DNA from: the human T2T-CHM13v2.0 reference genome, Homo sapiens
Strand: one strand, 5' to 3'
DNA length: 64,000 nucleotides
Assembly: GCF_009914755.1 (NCBI RefSeq)
Contig: NC_060933.1
Position 1 is the stretch's first letter. Each line of letters starts with the position of its first letter. Of this stretch, positions 28,187 through 43,170 are shown one piece after another. A program made the translations under genes and the position numbers. The notes beneath the pieces were generated by a model. The model was not told where the DNA came from. It worked only from the letters and a program-made list of their open reading frames with translations, and did no database searches.

Positions 28187-29519
28187 CACCTTAGGTGATG
28201 TGTAGATATTATAGGAGAGGAGAATAAAGGGCAAACATTGTAAATTAGAGTTATGCAATGGTAGAATGTGCTACAATGGTAGATACATGTGAGCTCTCAA
28301 TATGCATGGGTTAACTGAAAGATGAATAGTATTTTCTTCCTCTTTGAACAGACTTTTTCTACCAACACTTGTCCTAGTAGCTCAAAAACATTTTATGTAA
28401 AGTCCACTTTAAATATAAACTTCACCTTTAACACAGTCTTTTAATTTAGTGAGTCAGGAAATGAAGTCTCAGTTTACATCATATACATATGATATGCGAT
28501 ATATCTACTCTTAAGAGAAGAACACAAACTATGTTTTACTATACTTTTTATTATTATATTTTAGTGGTATGTATAGTTCTTAGAGTAAATTATTGTGAAA
28601 ATACAGATACTTCCATAAAACTCCACTGTAGTTTATTCATATTTACAATTATAATACATCTTTCCAAACCCCAGCCATAATAATCTGATTGAAGCAAAAG
28701 AGGAGTGCAGGGAAATGGCATCTGCAGAGTTGCCACAATTTTATTGCAACGTGTATAAGCAAAATATAATTATGCAGTAAAAATAAACTTAAAGAATTAT
28801 GATTCAGGTTTACAGATTAAGACATTAATTCTGTGGATATATGAGCAGTCAGTGATAGTTTTAGTCACCTATGGCAATTCCTCAACTCCACAATAAGAAT
28901 TGTGTTAATTCTGTGGTTACCATGGATTTACTAAAGCCCAAACATTTGGTTTTCATTAAAGCTTATCCAGTTGAAAGTAATGCTGAACTAATTTATTTAA
29001 TACCCAACAACTGGGTTTTTTTACTTTGCTGTTAGGTTGTGTGTTTAGCTCAAGGAAGGCTCAAGAATCTTTGCTTTGGAAACCTTGTTTCAACTTCCCT
29101 ATTTCAATCAGTTCTCCTCAGGCCTCAGTAGAACCCCGTGGTTAACTTTATTACAAAGTTTATCCAAATTTGTTGTGATTTTCTCATTATAAGCCTGATT
29201 TTCCACTAGCCTGTGTTCCAATTTGCCATGTACTTTTCTCTGTCACTACCACAGTGCGAACACCTTAGGAAATGTGGATGACAATAAGGAAGAGCAAGTT
29301 TACATGAAGGGAGCAAGTATGTGTTTACATGTTTGTTCTTCTAAATAAATCAAGGAGGTTTTGGTGTCTGTGGGCTTTTTAGAAAATTGGTCAGTTTACC
29401 TAGCCAAGGACCACGTATCTTTCTTTTAGTGCTGCTCTCTGTCCCCCAGTCCCTGCACCCACCCACGCACTCAGCTGAAAGAGGGTATGTTCACAGCTGT
29501 ATTAGTGGTTGCAAAATTG

Positions 29520-30482
29520 AGCCCCACCCCTCGGAAGCAGGATATTTCCCCCACCCCTGCATGGGACTCCCGACAGGGGTGCCTCATTTACTCAGCTCAC
29601 CACTTTGAACTTCTCGTGGGAGGGAGTGCGCAAGCGACTGAGGCGGGAACTGGAGTGCACGAGCACTGGAATTGGCCAACTGCTTTGGTGCCTGCAGGAT
29701 CAAACTCCACTCATTCGGACCTGCTGCACTCCACCCCTCATGGGAGGGAACACACAGGTGAGTGGGTGGGTGCAGGAGCCAGTGTGAGCAGTTTTGGTTG
29801 CCGGCAGGAGCAAACTCTGTGCAGGCCCCCAGCAGTGTCCAGGCGGGGTGCTTGTGACTCCTGAAGCCTCAAGGGGCATGTTACAGTGCTCTTTTAGCTC
29901 TGCCATCCATGGCAGGCTTAAGTGTTAACAGCTCAGTGGGCCCTCTGCCCTTTTGCACGAGGCAGCTGCCGTCTGCCAGCGGGGGCAAAGGACTAGCGTG
30001 ACAGCCTTTTATATCCACACTCGTGGCTCACAAGCTCTTGTCCGGCATCCAGGAAAAATGTCGCACAAACTAATTGAAGGATGATAAATGCAGGGGATCT
30101 TATTGCCAATGAAAGTGGCTCTGAGCAGGATGGGGAGCTGTAAAGGGAATGGGGCAGGTAGGTAATCTTCCCCTGGAATCTGGCCATCTCTACCGGATTC
30201 TCCGAAATTACGCCATCAAACTGTCCCTCTGAAGTTAATCCACTTCTCTTCCACGTCCAGCCATAGTTTCCATCATCCAACTGCTTCTCCTCTGCCAGCT
30301 GAGTCTGTAGTGTTTATAGGCACAGGATGGGGGATGGGGTAGGCCATGGGTAAAAAGCAGGAAGACAAGGATAGAAGTTCTCACTTTGAGCTGGGGTTTC
30401 AGGCTTTTCGGCTTGAGGGTGGGATTTTGCTGGGGACCTGCTACTTTTCTGCCTAGAATTTTTCTGCCTCCTGCCTCTATCA
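29520..30482 (-). mobile_element. ERV1 solo LTR of the LTR1/LTR27/LTR28 group
   Basis: GC-rich ~1 kb; the minus strand begins tgatagaggcaggaggcagaaaaattctaggcag...cccaccctcaagcc; left boundary approximate. Confidence 0.75.
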
Positions 30483-33109
30483 TTGTATCACCTCCACCAG
30501 TCCTAGCTAACCTGATGTCCTCATCTGGATATCTGACTCAAACTGAGCTAGTCATTTAATTAATGGGCTGGTGTTGGCTATGCTGCTAATCATCAAACCA
30601 ATTTCAGTAATTCCATCAATACAATAAAGACATTTTATCCAAATTTGCTGAGCCAGTGGTTGGCTAAGATTCAGATATGGAAATTTCTGATTCTGTTTTT
30701 TACATAAATTGTATCTTGTGACAGTGATAGGAAAAAGATATCAGCAACTTTAATTATTTTAGAGGTTTTCAATATTTCTTAGCTGGAGAATTTTGGTTCA
30801 AAGAAAATTTTACTGTAAAGTCCTTTATGTTAAACACACAAAAATACAGTTGCTTCAGTTGATGTTGGAGGGCTTCCCACAAACACCCACCCATGTCCTT
30901 TGTTCCAGAAACACCTGAAGGGAAGGCACACGATGCCCTTAGGGGCATAGTTTGAAAATTATTCATTTATTAAAAACAACACACTTTGAAATAATTTGAA
31001 TTAAAGTTGAATCAGGATGCGATTTGAAAAAACTGACAAATATTGCCTTTGCGACAATGAGATCCTGAATATATCTTTTCATTGATTAGCTCTATGTATC
31101 TATATAAATAGGCAATACTAATTGTATTTTCTTTTTTCAAAGTTTTTATTGATTTAGTATTCATTTCTGGAAGTTCTAGTCCTGGTGATGTCCAATACTC
31201 TTTATTGGTACCGGCTATTCCTCACAATACACTGAGAAACTTACTAGATATCATATTGATTGTTTTGTTTCATCAGTTTCCATTTACAGTCAGTTTTCAT
31301 TCATTCTGATAATTTGCCTAATGAAAATGCTCTATATTCTATAAAGATATTTTCTCTCCATTTAATATATGCAAAAAATTTCTTGGTTTGAAATATACCC
31401 TGGATAGTATTATAGAATAAAAATTTATATCTGAACATATGTTTCAGAAACATTTTGACACAGTAGCTGCTTAAAACTGGGAAACATTCCTAGCACTGGA
31501 TCCAACAAAATTGAAAACATTAGACTAGGAGATAATCTCTGTATCCACAGACTTTTATGTGCAAACAACAACAAAAAGAGATAGAGAACTTTTTTACGTA
31601 AATTAAAACCTCTTAACTTGAGATTTATAAGGTGTCCGCAAAACTTTTCCATACCACCTGATTCCAGATAGAACCTAATTCAGCCAGAGTAAGAAAGGAA
31701 AGCTCTTCCCTCAGATCATAGGGTTTCCCTCTGATTCTAGGCTTTTCAGCAAGGCTTTGTAGCACCTATGGCCAGGAATTCAGTAAAACTTAGAAGAGAC
31801 AAAATCAGCAGTGTTATCATGTAATTTCCCTTATTTTTCTGTATCTATCTGAGGTTATTGGAACCTCTTAATTGATGAATGAAGACTTTATCAAGCCTGG
31901 CAGCAGTCGTTATGTCTCTGATTTTCCTTGAAATGCATCTGTCATGCAACTCAAAATTGAATAGTCAGTTTGGGGCTGAACCAGAGACATGGCACTGACT
32001 TAAGACACTCTGAAGGGAATGAATGATTAATGCAGTTTATAGACAGGATAGCGCTTCCTCTGTCTCATGTGCTTTTTGTATGTAATCTCTAGTGGTTTAA
32101 GTTCAGATGGATCTAATGAAAAAGGACTAGATGTTTTCCACCTTCCCTTCAGAGCATGCTGTACGATTTATCCACTGACAAAATGTGCTAATGAAATGTC
32201 ACCTTGGACAGCTTGGTAAAGGATTGATGGGCTGAAAGTTTTGCACTTTATTTAACTTTTGCAGGAAAAATGAGTAAGTCCTCCAAACTCTGTATGATAT
32301 AGAGATCCATTATGGTTTTCTGACTCAGGAAGTCGCTATGCCACTGATGGAATATAGAAAGAGAAAGATGCTGATGGGGAAAATTTTATCAATAAACAAA
32401 TTGAGAATATGTGGTTTCATTATGCTTCAATTCTAAATTATTGCCAAGTTATGTAATTTTATGAAGGCATTTCCTTTATATACTTTCTATAATTGTTTGC
32501 AATCTATTAGTCTATCAATGACAAATAAAACCATCAGCCTTTGTGACCTGTGCATTGCCTTATTTCTTTGTTTTTTGTCCCTTCTTTACCAGAGTCCCCA
32601 GCATAAAATCCATCCCAATAATGGTTTTAAGCCTTTTATTTTTTCCAATGATAAAAATTCATAATCTGTTAGCAAAGGTTACTGGCAATCATTAAAGAAA
32701 ATTGAAATGGTAGACAAAGAATTAGGATGTCGTAGGAAATAAAACTGTAAATAATCAGAGAGTCTGTTGATAAAGGTGAAAGGGCAAAACATACAAAGTG
32801 GACTATCACTGATAAAAATCAAAGAAGCAAGTGAAAATATGCAAAGAAAACTAATGTTTGGTTGTAGATAATGACTATCTGTATTATGATTTGTGTACAT
32901 CTACACTAACCAAAATAAATAAATAACCACGCAATATATGCGTATACACACACACACAAGCTTGAAGTGACGGGAGAGTGTCTATCAAAGAACATTTTCT
33001 TACTCTTTAGTCTAAAGAGAAAGTCTAGTAGAATCTGTTAAATATCAGGACAGGAAAATTATCTGTGATCTAGTTTTCAATTTTCCATAGCTGTTAAAAT
33101 GGGGATTAT

Positions 33110-33520
33110 GGTATCTTTAGGGCAACACTAACTGCTATAATAATTAAGTCCCCAAATTTAGGAGACTGAGTAAAATAGAAATTGATTTATTATACAACAT
33201 TATGTTTAAAATGGCGGGGAGTTATCCACTGCTAAGATTGAGGGATCTTGACTCTTTCCATCATGGGCCTTTTCTATTTTTAATACACGGCTTCCAAGGT
33301 TGTTTAACTTACCTAGGTCAACTGGGCCTAGGGAAAAGAATGTACAACTCAGCTTTTGAGTCTCTTATGAGCCAGGCTTGGAAGAGACCCAGAATCCTTT
33401 GCTCATCAATAGGCTACATGACTAATCCTAATGCCAATTAAGCCTGGAAAATGTAAACTAACTGAATGTCTAGAAAAAGTAAGAAACAAGATTGATAATT
33501 GGGTAGCATTTCTTTCAGTT
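33110..33520 (-). mobile_element. Ancient MLT1J/K- or LTR33-like LTR
   Basis: aactgctataataatt...ccccaaat and ctacatgactaatcctaatgcc...ctggaaaatgtaa motifs. Confidence 0.4.
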
Positions 33521-34449
33521 TTATTATAAAAATCTGATAATAATGCATATGATAAGCCCAACGAATCTGTAACATTAATTTCCTGCTTTCTTTGCCCCTT
33601 CCTCTAATATTAACTGCCTCATAAATGTAAAAATGTATTATTGTTTAGATCTAATTAGAATAGCTAATTTGTCATCTTTGTTAAGAAAAAAAAAAGCACA
33701 GCCAAAGGACCATTTCCTTACTAAAACTGAAGAAATTAGATTGTGAACTTTAGATTACAAAAATAGTAGTAAGAGAGAAGCTACAGTTGCCAACTCACTG
33801 ACTTTCACAATCATTTTGGCACTGAAAATATGTTTGTCTTTGACTTGTTAATATTCTGCCATATTTAATTCTCTCCTAACACATACTCTATTTATTGCAT
33901 CTCAGCAAGATTTCCTAATTTTTTAGTACGTGCATACTTGGCTGACAACCATGACATAAGAGCTGCTCAAAGGTATATTAAATATTTACACTTGTTTCAT
34001 TTTTAAACCCTAAAAATAATCTGTTTTAAATGCATTCATGTCACAGTGTAGTTGCCAAATTTTTTGAAGCATATATTAAAATAAAATATGAAAAAATTTG
34101 CAAATTGGTGATTAGAATGGAAAGATTAGGACTAATTTTGTTTAAAATTTGTTTCTTTACGTACTAGGTATTCTCAACTTTTGAAACCCATCTGTGTTCA
34201 TGATCTAAGAAGTTAAAGCTCTCCCTGTGAACTATGCAACATCACCCCCTGTGGGATCTTTTCCCTATAAGAGAAACATGGTCAGTGCACACATACTTAC
34301 TTATTTATATTTATTATGTAAGTTTTGTGGTTTTATAAATTTTTAAAATATGATCAATGCTAGTTTAAATTAAAATAAGTGGAATTAAAGATTATACTCA
34401 ATTATTTTAAGGAAAGGGGTTAATTAAGTAATTTAAGGGAAATAATTTA

Positions 34450-34662
34450 GAATTAGCAAAACTTAAGTTTGACTCTTGGGTTACCGTTTTTCATTGGAGT
34501 GTTTATTAGACTCTCTGAGACTCAATTCGTTCATCTAGAAACCTGGGATAATAATACGGACTCTTCAAGATACAAGATGGTTTTGTAATTCATAGGAGAG
34601 AAAATAATTACAGGACCTAAGATGTTTCCTGGTACATTGTTGATTCTCAGTGAATATTTTTG
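34450..34662 (+). mobile_element. MIR SINE
   Basis: ctctctgagactcaattcgttcatctagaaacctgggataataat core. Confidence 0.65.
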
Positions 34663-35374
34663 GAATATAGGAAAGCCAACTTTCATAATATTAGAAAGTT
34701 ATGAATATAGTGAGTATAACAATTCTTACACTCATTTGTATATATTTTTAAGTTGAGTAAATGTGAATTCATGTATTGATATTGTTAGGAACCAGGGTTC
34801 TTGATGGCAGAAAGAAAAATACGAGTGTATGCATATGTGTGTGTTTCTATGTGTAATCTTAGAAAAGGCCTAAAAGTGAGAATATCCCAGTAGCAATGAA
34901 TTTACCTTGTGTTCACATTTTGGCTTCTAAATGCTATTTCCAAGATTCTCAGAAGATGGACACATTAGGAACATCATACTATTCCAGTCTCTCTGAATAC
35001 CAACATAAAAATGGACAGAATAACTAGTTAGTGAGAACAACAACAAAAAAAACCATGAAAATCCAATGATCCTATATCTCAGTTAAGTCAGAATGTTCAA
35101 AAAAAGACATTGTGCTGGCTATTGTAGTGAAGGCTCAACAAACCACTCTTTTAATTATTCTCTCATTGAAACATTTCTAAGATACATTTTCTTGCCTAGT
35201 AAGCAACAACAAAGAATACACATGACAATTCACAACAAAATTAGGCAACAAGATGTACCCAGGAACTCCAAACTACAAGTGGATGGAGAAAAAGTGCCAA
35301 CAAATTCTAGACCTGAATGGTCTGGGCATCTATAAAAATGAAGAAGGAAATAGCGGGGTGGCATCTGACTGACC

Positions 35375-35815
35375 TGATAGTGATGATCCTGATCTTGGCT
35401 CTATGAAGACCTAGGCTCATGTGTCTTTTTGTGTCTTAATTTTTAACAAAAAAGTTTTAAAAGTTAAAAAATTTAACAAAGATAGAAAAATGCTAATGAA
35501 ATAAGGATATAAAGAAAGAAAATATTTTTGTACAGCTGTACAATGTATTTATATTTATGCGCTATTATTAAGGAATCAAAAAGTTAAATTAAAGACTTTA
35601 TAAAGTAAAAAAGTTACAGTAAGCTCAGGTTAGTTTATTGCTAAAGAAAAGATATTCCTTAATAAATTTAATATAGCCTAAGTGTACAGTGCCTATAACG
35701 TCCACAGTAGCGTACAATAATGTCCTAAGGCTTCACATTCACCACTCACTAACCCACCCAGAGCAACTTCTAGACCTGCAAGCTCCATTCATAGTAATTG
35801 CCTTATACAAGTGTT
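35375..35815. mobile_element. Tigger3-family internal fragment, opposite orientation to the 21148 copy
   Basis: Reverse-complement similarity to 21430-21870 (ctgcaagctccattca, tgtacagctgtaca). Confidence 0.8.
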
Positions 35816-35959
35816 CCAGTGATTTGCTATAGCCAAGTAAGCTGGAGAACAAGAAATCAGACTTTATGTGCTCACGGAGAAAGCAGTAGCAGTTGATTAT
35901 GAAGAGCTTTGTTAGCCAGAGAAAAGGTCGTGGATTTTATCCAGTGATGTGATAGAGTT

Positions 35960-36340
35960 GCTCAAACTAGCTTTGTGAGAGCTGAGTGTTAGTCTTTCAG
36001 GAATTTTGTGAGTTGGATTTTAGCCAAGATCACCTTTAAAAAGTTAAATTAGCCAAATTATTTAAGCTTACAATAAATAAATCTAATTTTAAAAACATCA
36101 GTACTCAAAACTCACCACTTCCAAAATTATTTTGCTGCAGTTTTCTATTACCACAATAGACACTTGACATCTATTGTGTCTGTAGGGTGGAAATACAATA
36201 CAATGGTATGCTACTACACATCTCCTTCCAGTGGTATCATGTTGATTGCTTGAAATCAGTGAGTTTTGACACAGGAAATTGGTAAACCAAGCATGACAAA
36301 ACAAAGATTTTCATCCTCTTAGAATCGGTTTAACATGTCC
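35960..36340. mobile_element. MER63-like hAT (Blackjack) element inserted in an L2
   Basis: tactcaaaactcaccacttcc...ggtggaaatacaatacaatggtatgctact. Confidence 0.65.
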
Positions 36341-36479
36341 TAACAATTAGTTTCATTCTAGTTGAAATAAAAATAAAGTGGAAATTTTTTAATATTCCAG
36401 TGGAAATAAAAAAAAAATTTTACCAAGACAGCAGCATAATCAAATTCATTATTTGTTTGCTTGTTTGTCTTTGTTTATT

Positions 36480-37000
36480 TTTAAAGCCATTCTGGCTACT
36501 GTATGGAGAATAAACTTAAGAGAAGCAAGGGAGAAAATAAGTAAAACAGTTATTGGGATTTTGTAACAGTCAAATCAGGGTTGATGCTGGTCTCAACTAG
36601 GAAAAAGAGACCAAATCGGAACTAGGACAAATATTATTGTCCTATTTAAGGACGTGGAAAGGATTGAGTATGACTACAATATCCTGGCTTGAACAGTATG
36701 TGTCTGATTATACAATTTACTGTGATTATAAAAACTAGAGGAAGAAGGAGTAATGTAGAGCTGATGACAGAACTGGGGGAAGAAATAGTACAGTTTTGAA
36801 TATGCTAAATTTAAGAAACATTTTAAATATCCAGCTTGCAAAGCCAGCCTGGTACTCTCAGTAGAGGATCATGCCAGGGAGTTAAAGGAACAGAAAATAT
36901 TGAGAGCCATGGGACTGAAGACCACCTGACAACAGAGGGTAAAGAAAGAGTAAAATGCATGGATTAGTGTTTTTAGGAACTCCAACATTTCGCACTTCTG
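36480..37000 (-). mobile_element. L2 LINE fragment (continues the 35850-35955 piece)
   Basis: attctggctactgtatggagaata...cctggcttgaaca...gttttgaatatgctaaattt. Confidence 0.6.
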
Positions 37001-40000
37001 CTTTTCACTTCATGTTGACAGAGTGTCCTAAAACACTCCTACTTTTTTATCCTCTGTGGACAAAAAAACAAGCTTTTAAAATTTTTATTTATTTTTTAAT
37101 CCTCCATGGACAAAAAATAAGCTTTATAAATTTTTAAAATTTATTTTATTTACATATTTTAATTATGGTCTTAGTTTCACATTGGTGATGTTTAGTATGC
37201 CTTCTCTCTTCCTTTCCAGCCCAGCTTATTTTAAAATCCCTTCGTGTTACATCAGTTTTCCCCAATGAGGGCACATAACTGCAAAGAGGGCTAACTCGAT
37301 GATCCAATGACAAAATTCAACGCAAATTAAGTATAAACAAGAAGTTGAGATAAACAGCACACAACCTCAGTTAAAGCCATAATGATTGTTCCTTTAAATT
37401 TCTTTTTTTTAGAATATCCACTCTAGGACTTAGTAATAGCTATCACTTATAAACAATTCCTTGATTCCTATGTCTTGCTCAGCAAGTCTCCTGCCATGTG
37501 CCAGTCCCTTGGAGTACAGATGTCAATAACCATCAAGGATTAGGCAAACTTCCTTTGCATAAAACTTGACCATCTCTGACAGAAGTCATCAATCTTCAGA
37601 CGTAAACCACAGACTTCAGCTGTGTAAAAAACACTTTTAAAAATATACACTTTGATATTCTAATATTTGTAAATCATGATATATCAATTTTTTAACTTTA
37701 TCACCATTATAAATAGAAATGTCAAGATGTTAATTTTGAAAATAAATCCAAAGCATACTACTTAAACCAGAGTCCACCACCATGTCTTGTAAGTAGCATG
37801 AACATTAGCTGGTAACATTTTCTATTTGAAGCAAATATAGATGCCATTGTATGCACATGTGAACATCTGAAAAAAATCTATGTATGCTACACATAGTCAA
37901 CCTGTTTAGGATTGAAGGCCAAGTTTTTTCAAAAATTTTAACTCTATGAAATAAAGTTTTAAAAACTACAGGATAACACCTTAACCCAGTTTTGCAAACC
38001 ACACATGCCTATGTTGAAATGTAGCATCTACCAGTGAATATTTTTATTTTAGCCAAGAAATACAGCTAATCCCAACTCTCTTCAATGCATCCATTATATA
38101 CTATACAATAGGTGTCTCCTAAAGCTCTATTTTAAAAAAACAATAGTTTATACGTTAGCTTTTGTTTTCCACTATGCTTCGATTTGTAGCAGTCTTTTGT
38201 ATTTTATTTTGTTTGTAGGATATACTCCTATGGTCTATATTTTTTTTCTTTTGAAAATGATAATTCATCAAAAAATTTCCTAAGTATATTAATTTTTACT
38301 TCTTCCTCCTTTATTTAACTTTTTGGATGTTCATATGTCCAAAAACTTGCAGCGCAACTCATTAAGGCCTATCTTTAGAAATCAACACATAAATTTGGAA
38401 AGTATTCACACTTGATTAACCGAAAAAAAGAAAAGAAAAGTAAATCCAAAGACTCAAACATGACAGGCCTTCAGTTTTCAAAAGAGGCACAGAAATCAAT
38501 TTTGGCTTAAGGACTAAAAAGAGTTAAAGTTTTCTTCATACTAAAATGAAAGGGTTTTATTCTATGTTTTTTACTTTCTCACCACGGGAAATGTCCACAT
38601 AGAGCCTTAGTAAGCATCTGCCAAAGGCACTTTTAGGGATATACCTTCATTGGTTAGACAGAGCCTGCTTTTTCATCTCTATTGGTAAGTGTACAGCTTA
38701 GGAAAAAATAAATAAATAACTTGACCAGTTTAGATCTGTATTTCCTAAAATATTTTCTTAGGAAAGGAAAGCAGAAAGGCATCATCCTATGAGAGCCAGT
38801 ATACTTAATAGAGATGAACCACAGATTTTGCTCTGGGCTTTCTGGCAGCAAGCATGAAAAAGCATAAAACACACTCTAACATAATTTATAGGCGCCATAA
38901 GACCATACCTTGATCCACTAGATAAAAGTATATAAATACAAATGTTAAAAATACATTTGTGTTCCTGATTCAAGAAACAGAGAAATTTTTCTCAAGGGTC
39001 TCCATACTGGAAACAGAAGGATCAGTTAAAAATAATATATTCAAAATGTCTTTATGTGAAAACAAATTCGAAGGGTTGTTCCTAAAGCAATATTGAAGTC
39101 TGTAGAGGAAACACACAAAGATGTTTTCATAATTTATGAAAGAAAGCTATGGGCATCATGTGTTCAAATTCCCAGATTTTATGAAATGTTTTAGACAAAA
39201 GAAGGCCATAAACGCTTAACCGTACTTTACCTGACTTTTATTCTGGGTATTTTAGTGTCAATTTAAAGAATATTTCAGATTGGATATGATGAAAATTTCT
39301 GTATAATTTGTTTAATTCCCTCAACTTTTCTCTCACCTCACTTTCCATTCAATTTATGAGATCAAACACAACATTTTTCAAATGTGCTTTATATGCCTGT
39401 GCTTTGCGTCCTTGGATATGCAAGAGTATACAGCAGTGAAATTGCTGCATGGATAATTCTGTTCAGTCTTTAAAATATCTGGAGCAATTTAAAGAGTAAA
39501 CGTGAAGAGTAGATGTCCATAATATCACATTACAGCACTGCTCAGAATAGAAAAGCCTCAAAGTTCTGTGGACTCACCAGTCACAACAGAGAAGGAAGCA
39601 GTAAACATGAGAGGTAATACTAGCTTTGGGATTCTACTTAATATTCACTAAGGGTATTCCAAAAATGTCAGGTTTTTTTCTGTAAATTTTTATTGTGCAT
39701 CTGTGAATTTCCTGCCCTTTTAAAGTCCTGATTCACTAAGACTTTAAGCCAATGGTGAAAATATTTCTAGTTTCCACTGAGACATATTGAAAAAAATGGC
39801 ATCTAATTTAGTAATAATTGGCTAAATCAGAATTAGAATGAAAAGAAAATTCTGGGGACTTTTCTAAAAGGGTAGATACACAGTGTGTCATAAGAGCTAA
39901 TAATCTACACATAATAAACCGTGAGAAAAAAATACATTAAATGTTACAGCTTTATCACTCAAAAAATTTTGTTGAATAAGTCTATCTAATTCTTAGATAC

Positions 40001-40285
40001 AAAATATCGTATGTGTTGATTAAACAACAACAAAATAACGAAAAACACTGTCAGCATATAATGTCATATTCCTTCTTTATGAGAGATTCTATGAATTAAG
40101 TTTTACAATTCTTTGATGAAATTGGATTCATTCAGTCCCTCACTTCAAATTTATTAAGCCCAGTAATACCATTAGATACAAAGATAAGAGGCAAGATCCT
40201 CTACTCAAGGAACTGGGTGCCTTTGTGAAGAAATCAGACATGTATGCATGTACTTACAATCTGTACTATAAAAGAGGCATAAATA

Positions 40286-40724
40286 CAGTTGACCATGGAA
40301 CAAAGCAAAGATTAGAGACACCAACCCCCATGCAGTCAAAAAATCCATGGGCAACTTTTGACTTTCCAAAAATGTCACTAGTAATAGCATACTGTTGACT
40401 GGAAGCTTACTGATAACATAAACTGTCAATTAACCTATATTTTATATGTTATATATATTGTATATTATATTCTTATAGTGAAGTAAGCTAGAGAAAAGAA
40501 AATGTTATTAAGAAGATCATAAGAAAGAGATAATTTATTTGTTATTTAATAAGTAGAAGTGGATCCTCATAAAGGTCTTGCTCTTGTCTTCACATTGCGT
40601 AGGCTGAGGAGGAAGGGGAAGAAGAGAGGTTAGTCTTGTTGTTTTTGGGGTGGCAGAGGTATAAGAAATTCTGTGTATAATGGGATCTCTGCAGTTCAAG
40701 CTTGTGTTGTTCAAGAGTAAACAG
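40286..40724. mobile_element. Tigger2a (MER28)-like DNA transposon, complete
   Basis: TIRs ta|cagttgaccatggaacaa and tgtgttgttcaagagtaaacag; ~440 bp. Confidence 0.88.
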
Positions 40725-41552
40725 TTGTGACGTTTAAGAACTGAGAAAGTAAAACTTAACCCAATAATATATCACAGAATATAACTATATACTCTCTTTT
40801 ATTAAATACCTAATTAAAAGAAATAATATTAGCCAAGATCATCAAGACCATCAAGATGACAAACAGTTCATTAATTTTTGTATCACCTCGATATTTAATC
40901 TTCTATCATTGAATATAATTTAACCACCATGAGGCCCTATTCTTGGACTATATTAACATAGCCACTTAAAGATTCATCTTAATGAAATCACAGTTTATTT
41001 TTTTAATGTGAGGTAAAATAACTTATTTTTTGTAAAACTAATATAAAAAAGCACCACCTCTATCATTCAATGTCTTCCATATCATTGATTCACAACTATA
41101 GAGGAAGATATGTCAGATTTACCTATACAACTACTGGTTGCTTTTGATTTATTTGTTGTTGTTGTGTTTTGTTTTCAAATTATATCCTATTGCTAGAGAT
41201 TCAGATTTGGCACCTTTATTTTCTTTTTCCCTGAACCCAGGAATTAACGTCTTGGTGTCTACAGATATAGTCATAATACTGTAGCTTTCAGGTGCATTGA
41301 GAATGAAAAATATTGGGATTTTTAAATAATTTACTACTTGGAATTTTAAAATTTATTTTGAAATAACTGAATTAAAAGTAGCTGGGTTTTTTATGATAAA
41401 TCTAAGTATATTAAGCAATTTTCTTTTTACTTGCCTGCCAGAAAGATTCATGTTAATTATATTAATCCTCGTGGTTAGCATATTTTCTTCTTCATTTTTT
41501 ATTCTTCTTATTTTCCCTTATATATTCTATATGTCTTTAAAGTCATTAAGCA

Positions 41553-42036
41553 GTGTTTCCATTTTTCTATTGCTGTTGCAACAAATTTCCACAAATACAG
41601 TAGTTTAAAACACTACAAATATATTATATTATAGTTCACTGAAGTAGAAATCAAGGGGTTGGCAGGGCTATGCTCCTTTCTAGAGATTCTAGAGGAGAAT
41701 CTAGTTTTTGCCTTTTCTAGCCACTAGCAGTTGCCCACATTACTTGACACCTGACCCCTATAATCTTCAAAGTCAAGAGTAGTCAGTAGGCCCTTTCTCA
41801 TGATTCTACTCCTCTGGTTTTGGCTCTTAGGCCTGTTTCATCCCCATTTGAGGATACTTTGTGAATACATTGGGCCTGCCAGAATAATCTAAGATAATCT
41901 TGTTAATGTAAACTGATTAGCAACCTCAAATCCACCTGCAAGCTTACTCCTCTTTTACTTTGTAATACAATATATTTGCAGTCTAGGTACTAATGCATGA
42001 TAATTCTGGGGTACAGGCATCATTATGCCTAATACA
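41553..42036 (-). mobile_element. MLT1D-like MaLR solo LTR
   Basis: ctattgctgttgcaacaaat ... ctagaggagaatc ... aactgattagcaacct ... attatgcctaataca. Confidence 0.8.
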
Positions 42037-42231
42037 TATAACTTTTAAAAGTACACAACAAATAGAGGTGTATGATCATCTGGGTCTCTAGAGAACTCAT
42101 GATGAGGTGTAAGTATTGGTTTCATTTGTCTTCAGCATAGATTGATCCATTAAACATATATTTAATTAATATCTTCTTGGTGCCTGATATTGCTTTTTTT
42201 TTAACTTCAGAATAATATGAACATAGCCTGA

Positions 42232-42581
<350 letters not shown>

Positions 42582-42689
42582 CTGTTTTAAGGATTTTAGA
42601 TACAGATCTCCTTGGCAAAACACATGAGAAGAAGGAAGGTTGCCTGGAAATCAGTAAGAACTGGGCATTTCTTGGAATCTTGTTATATA

Positions 42690-42900
42690 GTTACTGAACA
42701 AATACTTATTGAGAGGCTAGTTTGTACTACATTAAATGCTAGATATTGGATACAAATTATTAGAAACAATGAAGTGGTCCATATTTATAAAGATTACAAT
42801 GTAGTCTGGAAAATATCAAATAAACAAGTGAACCACTAAATAGTTGTAAAATTACAAATTAACAAATAAAGTACAGGTTTCAAAAACAGCAAAAGAGTCC
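42690..42900 (-). mobile_element. L2 3' fragment
   Basis: aacaaatacttattgag...tgctagatattggataca. Confidence 0.5.
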
Positions 42901-42999
42901 ACATATATAAGAAAGTCAGGAAATAGCTCAAGAGGTTACACCTTCTAAGCCCAAGGTATATAGAATGACATACTACTATATAATATTTCTCCATATGCT

Positions 43000-43170
43000 C
43001 CCAGAAATATCTGCATCATAAACACTGAGTGTTCTTGCTAAATATTAAGATTCTCTTACTTCTTTGTAGAATTATTAAAATCAGGTTCTCTGGTTTTAGG
43101 TCCAGGGAATCTATATTTTAGCAACCTTATCAAATAATCTTTCTGAACACTAAATTTCATAAATGTTGCC
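43000..43170. mobile_element. MER5-type hAT-Charlie MITE
   Basis: aaatcaggttctctgg...ccagggaatctatattttagcaa. Confidence 0.55.

Noticed and set aside
29387-30483. Cluster of overlapping ORFs
   Set aside because: This is a by-product of stop-poor, GC-rich LTR sequence.
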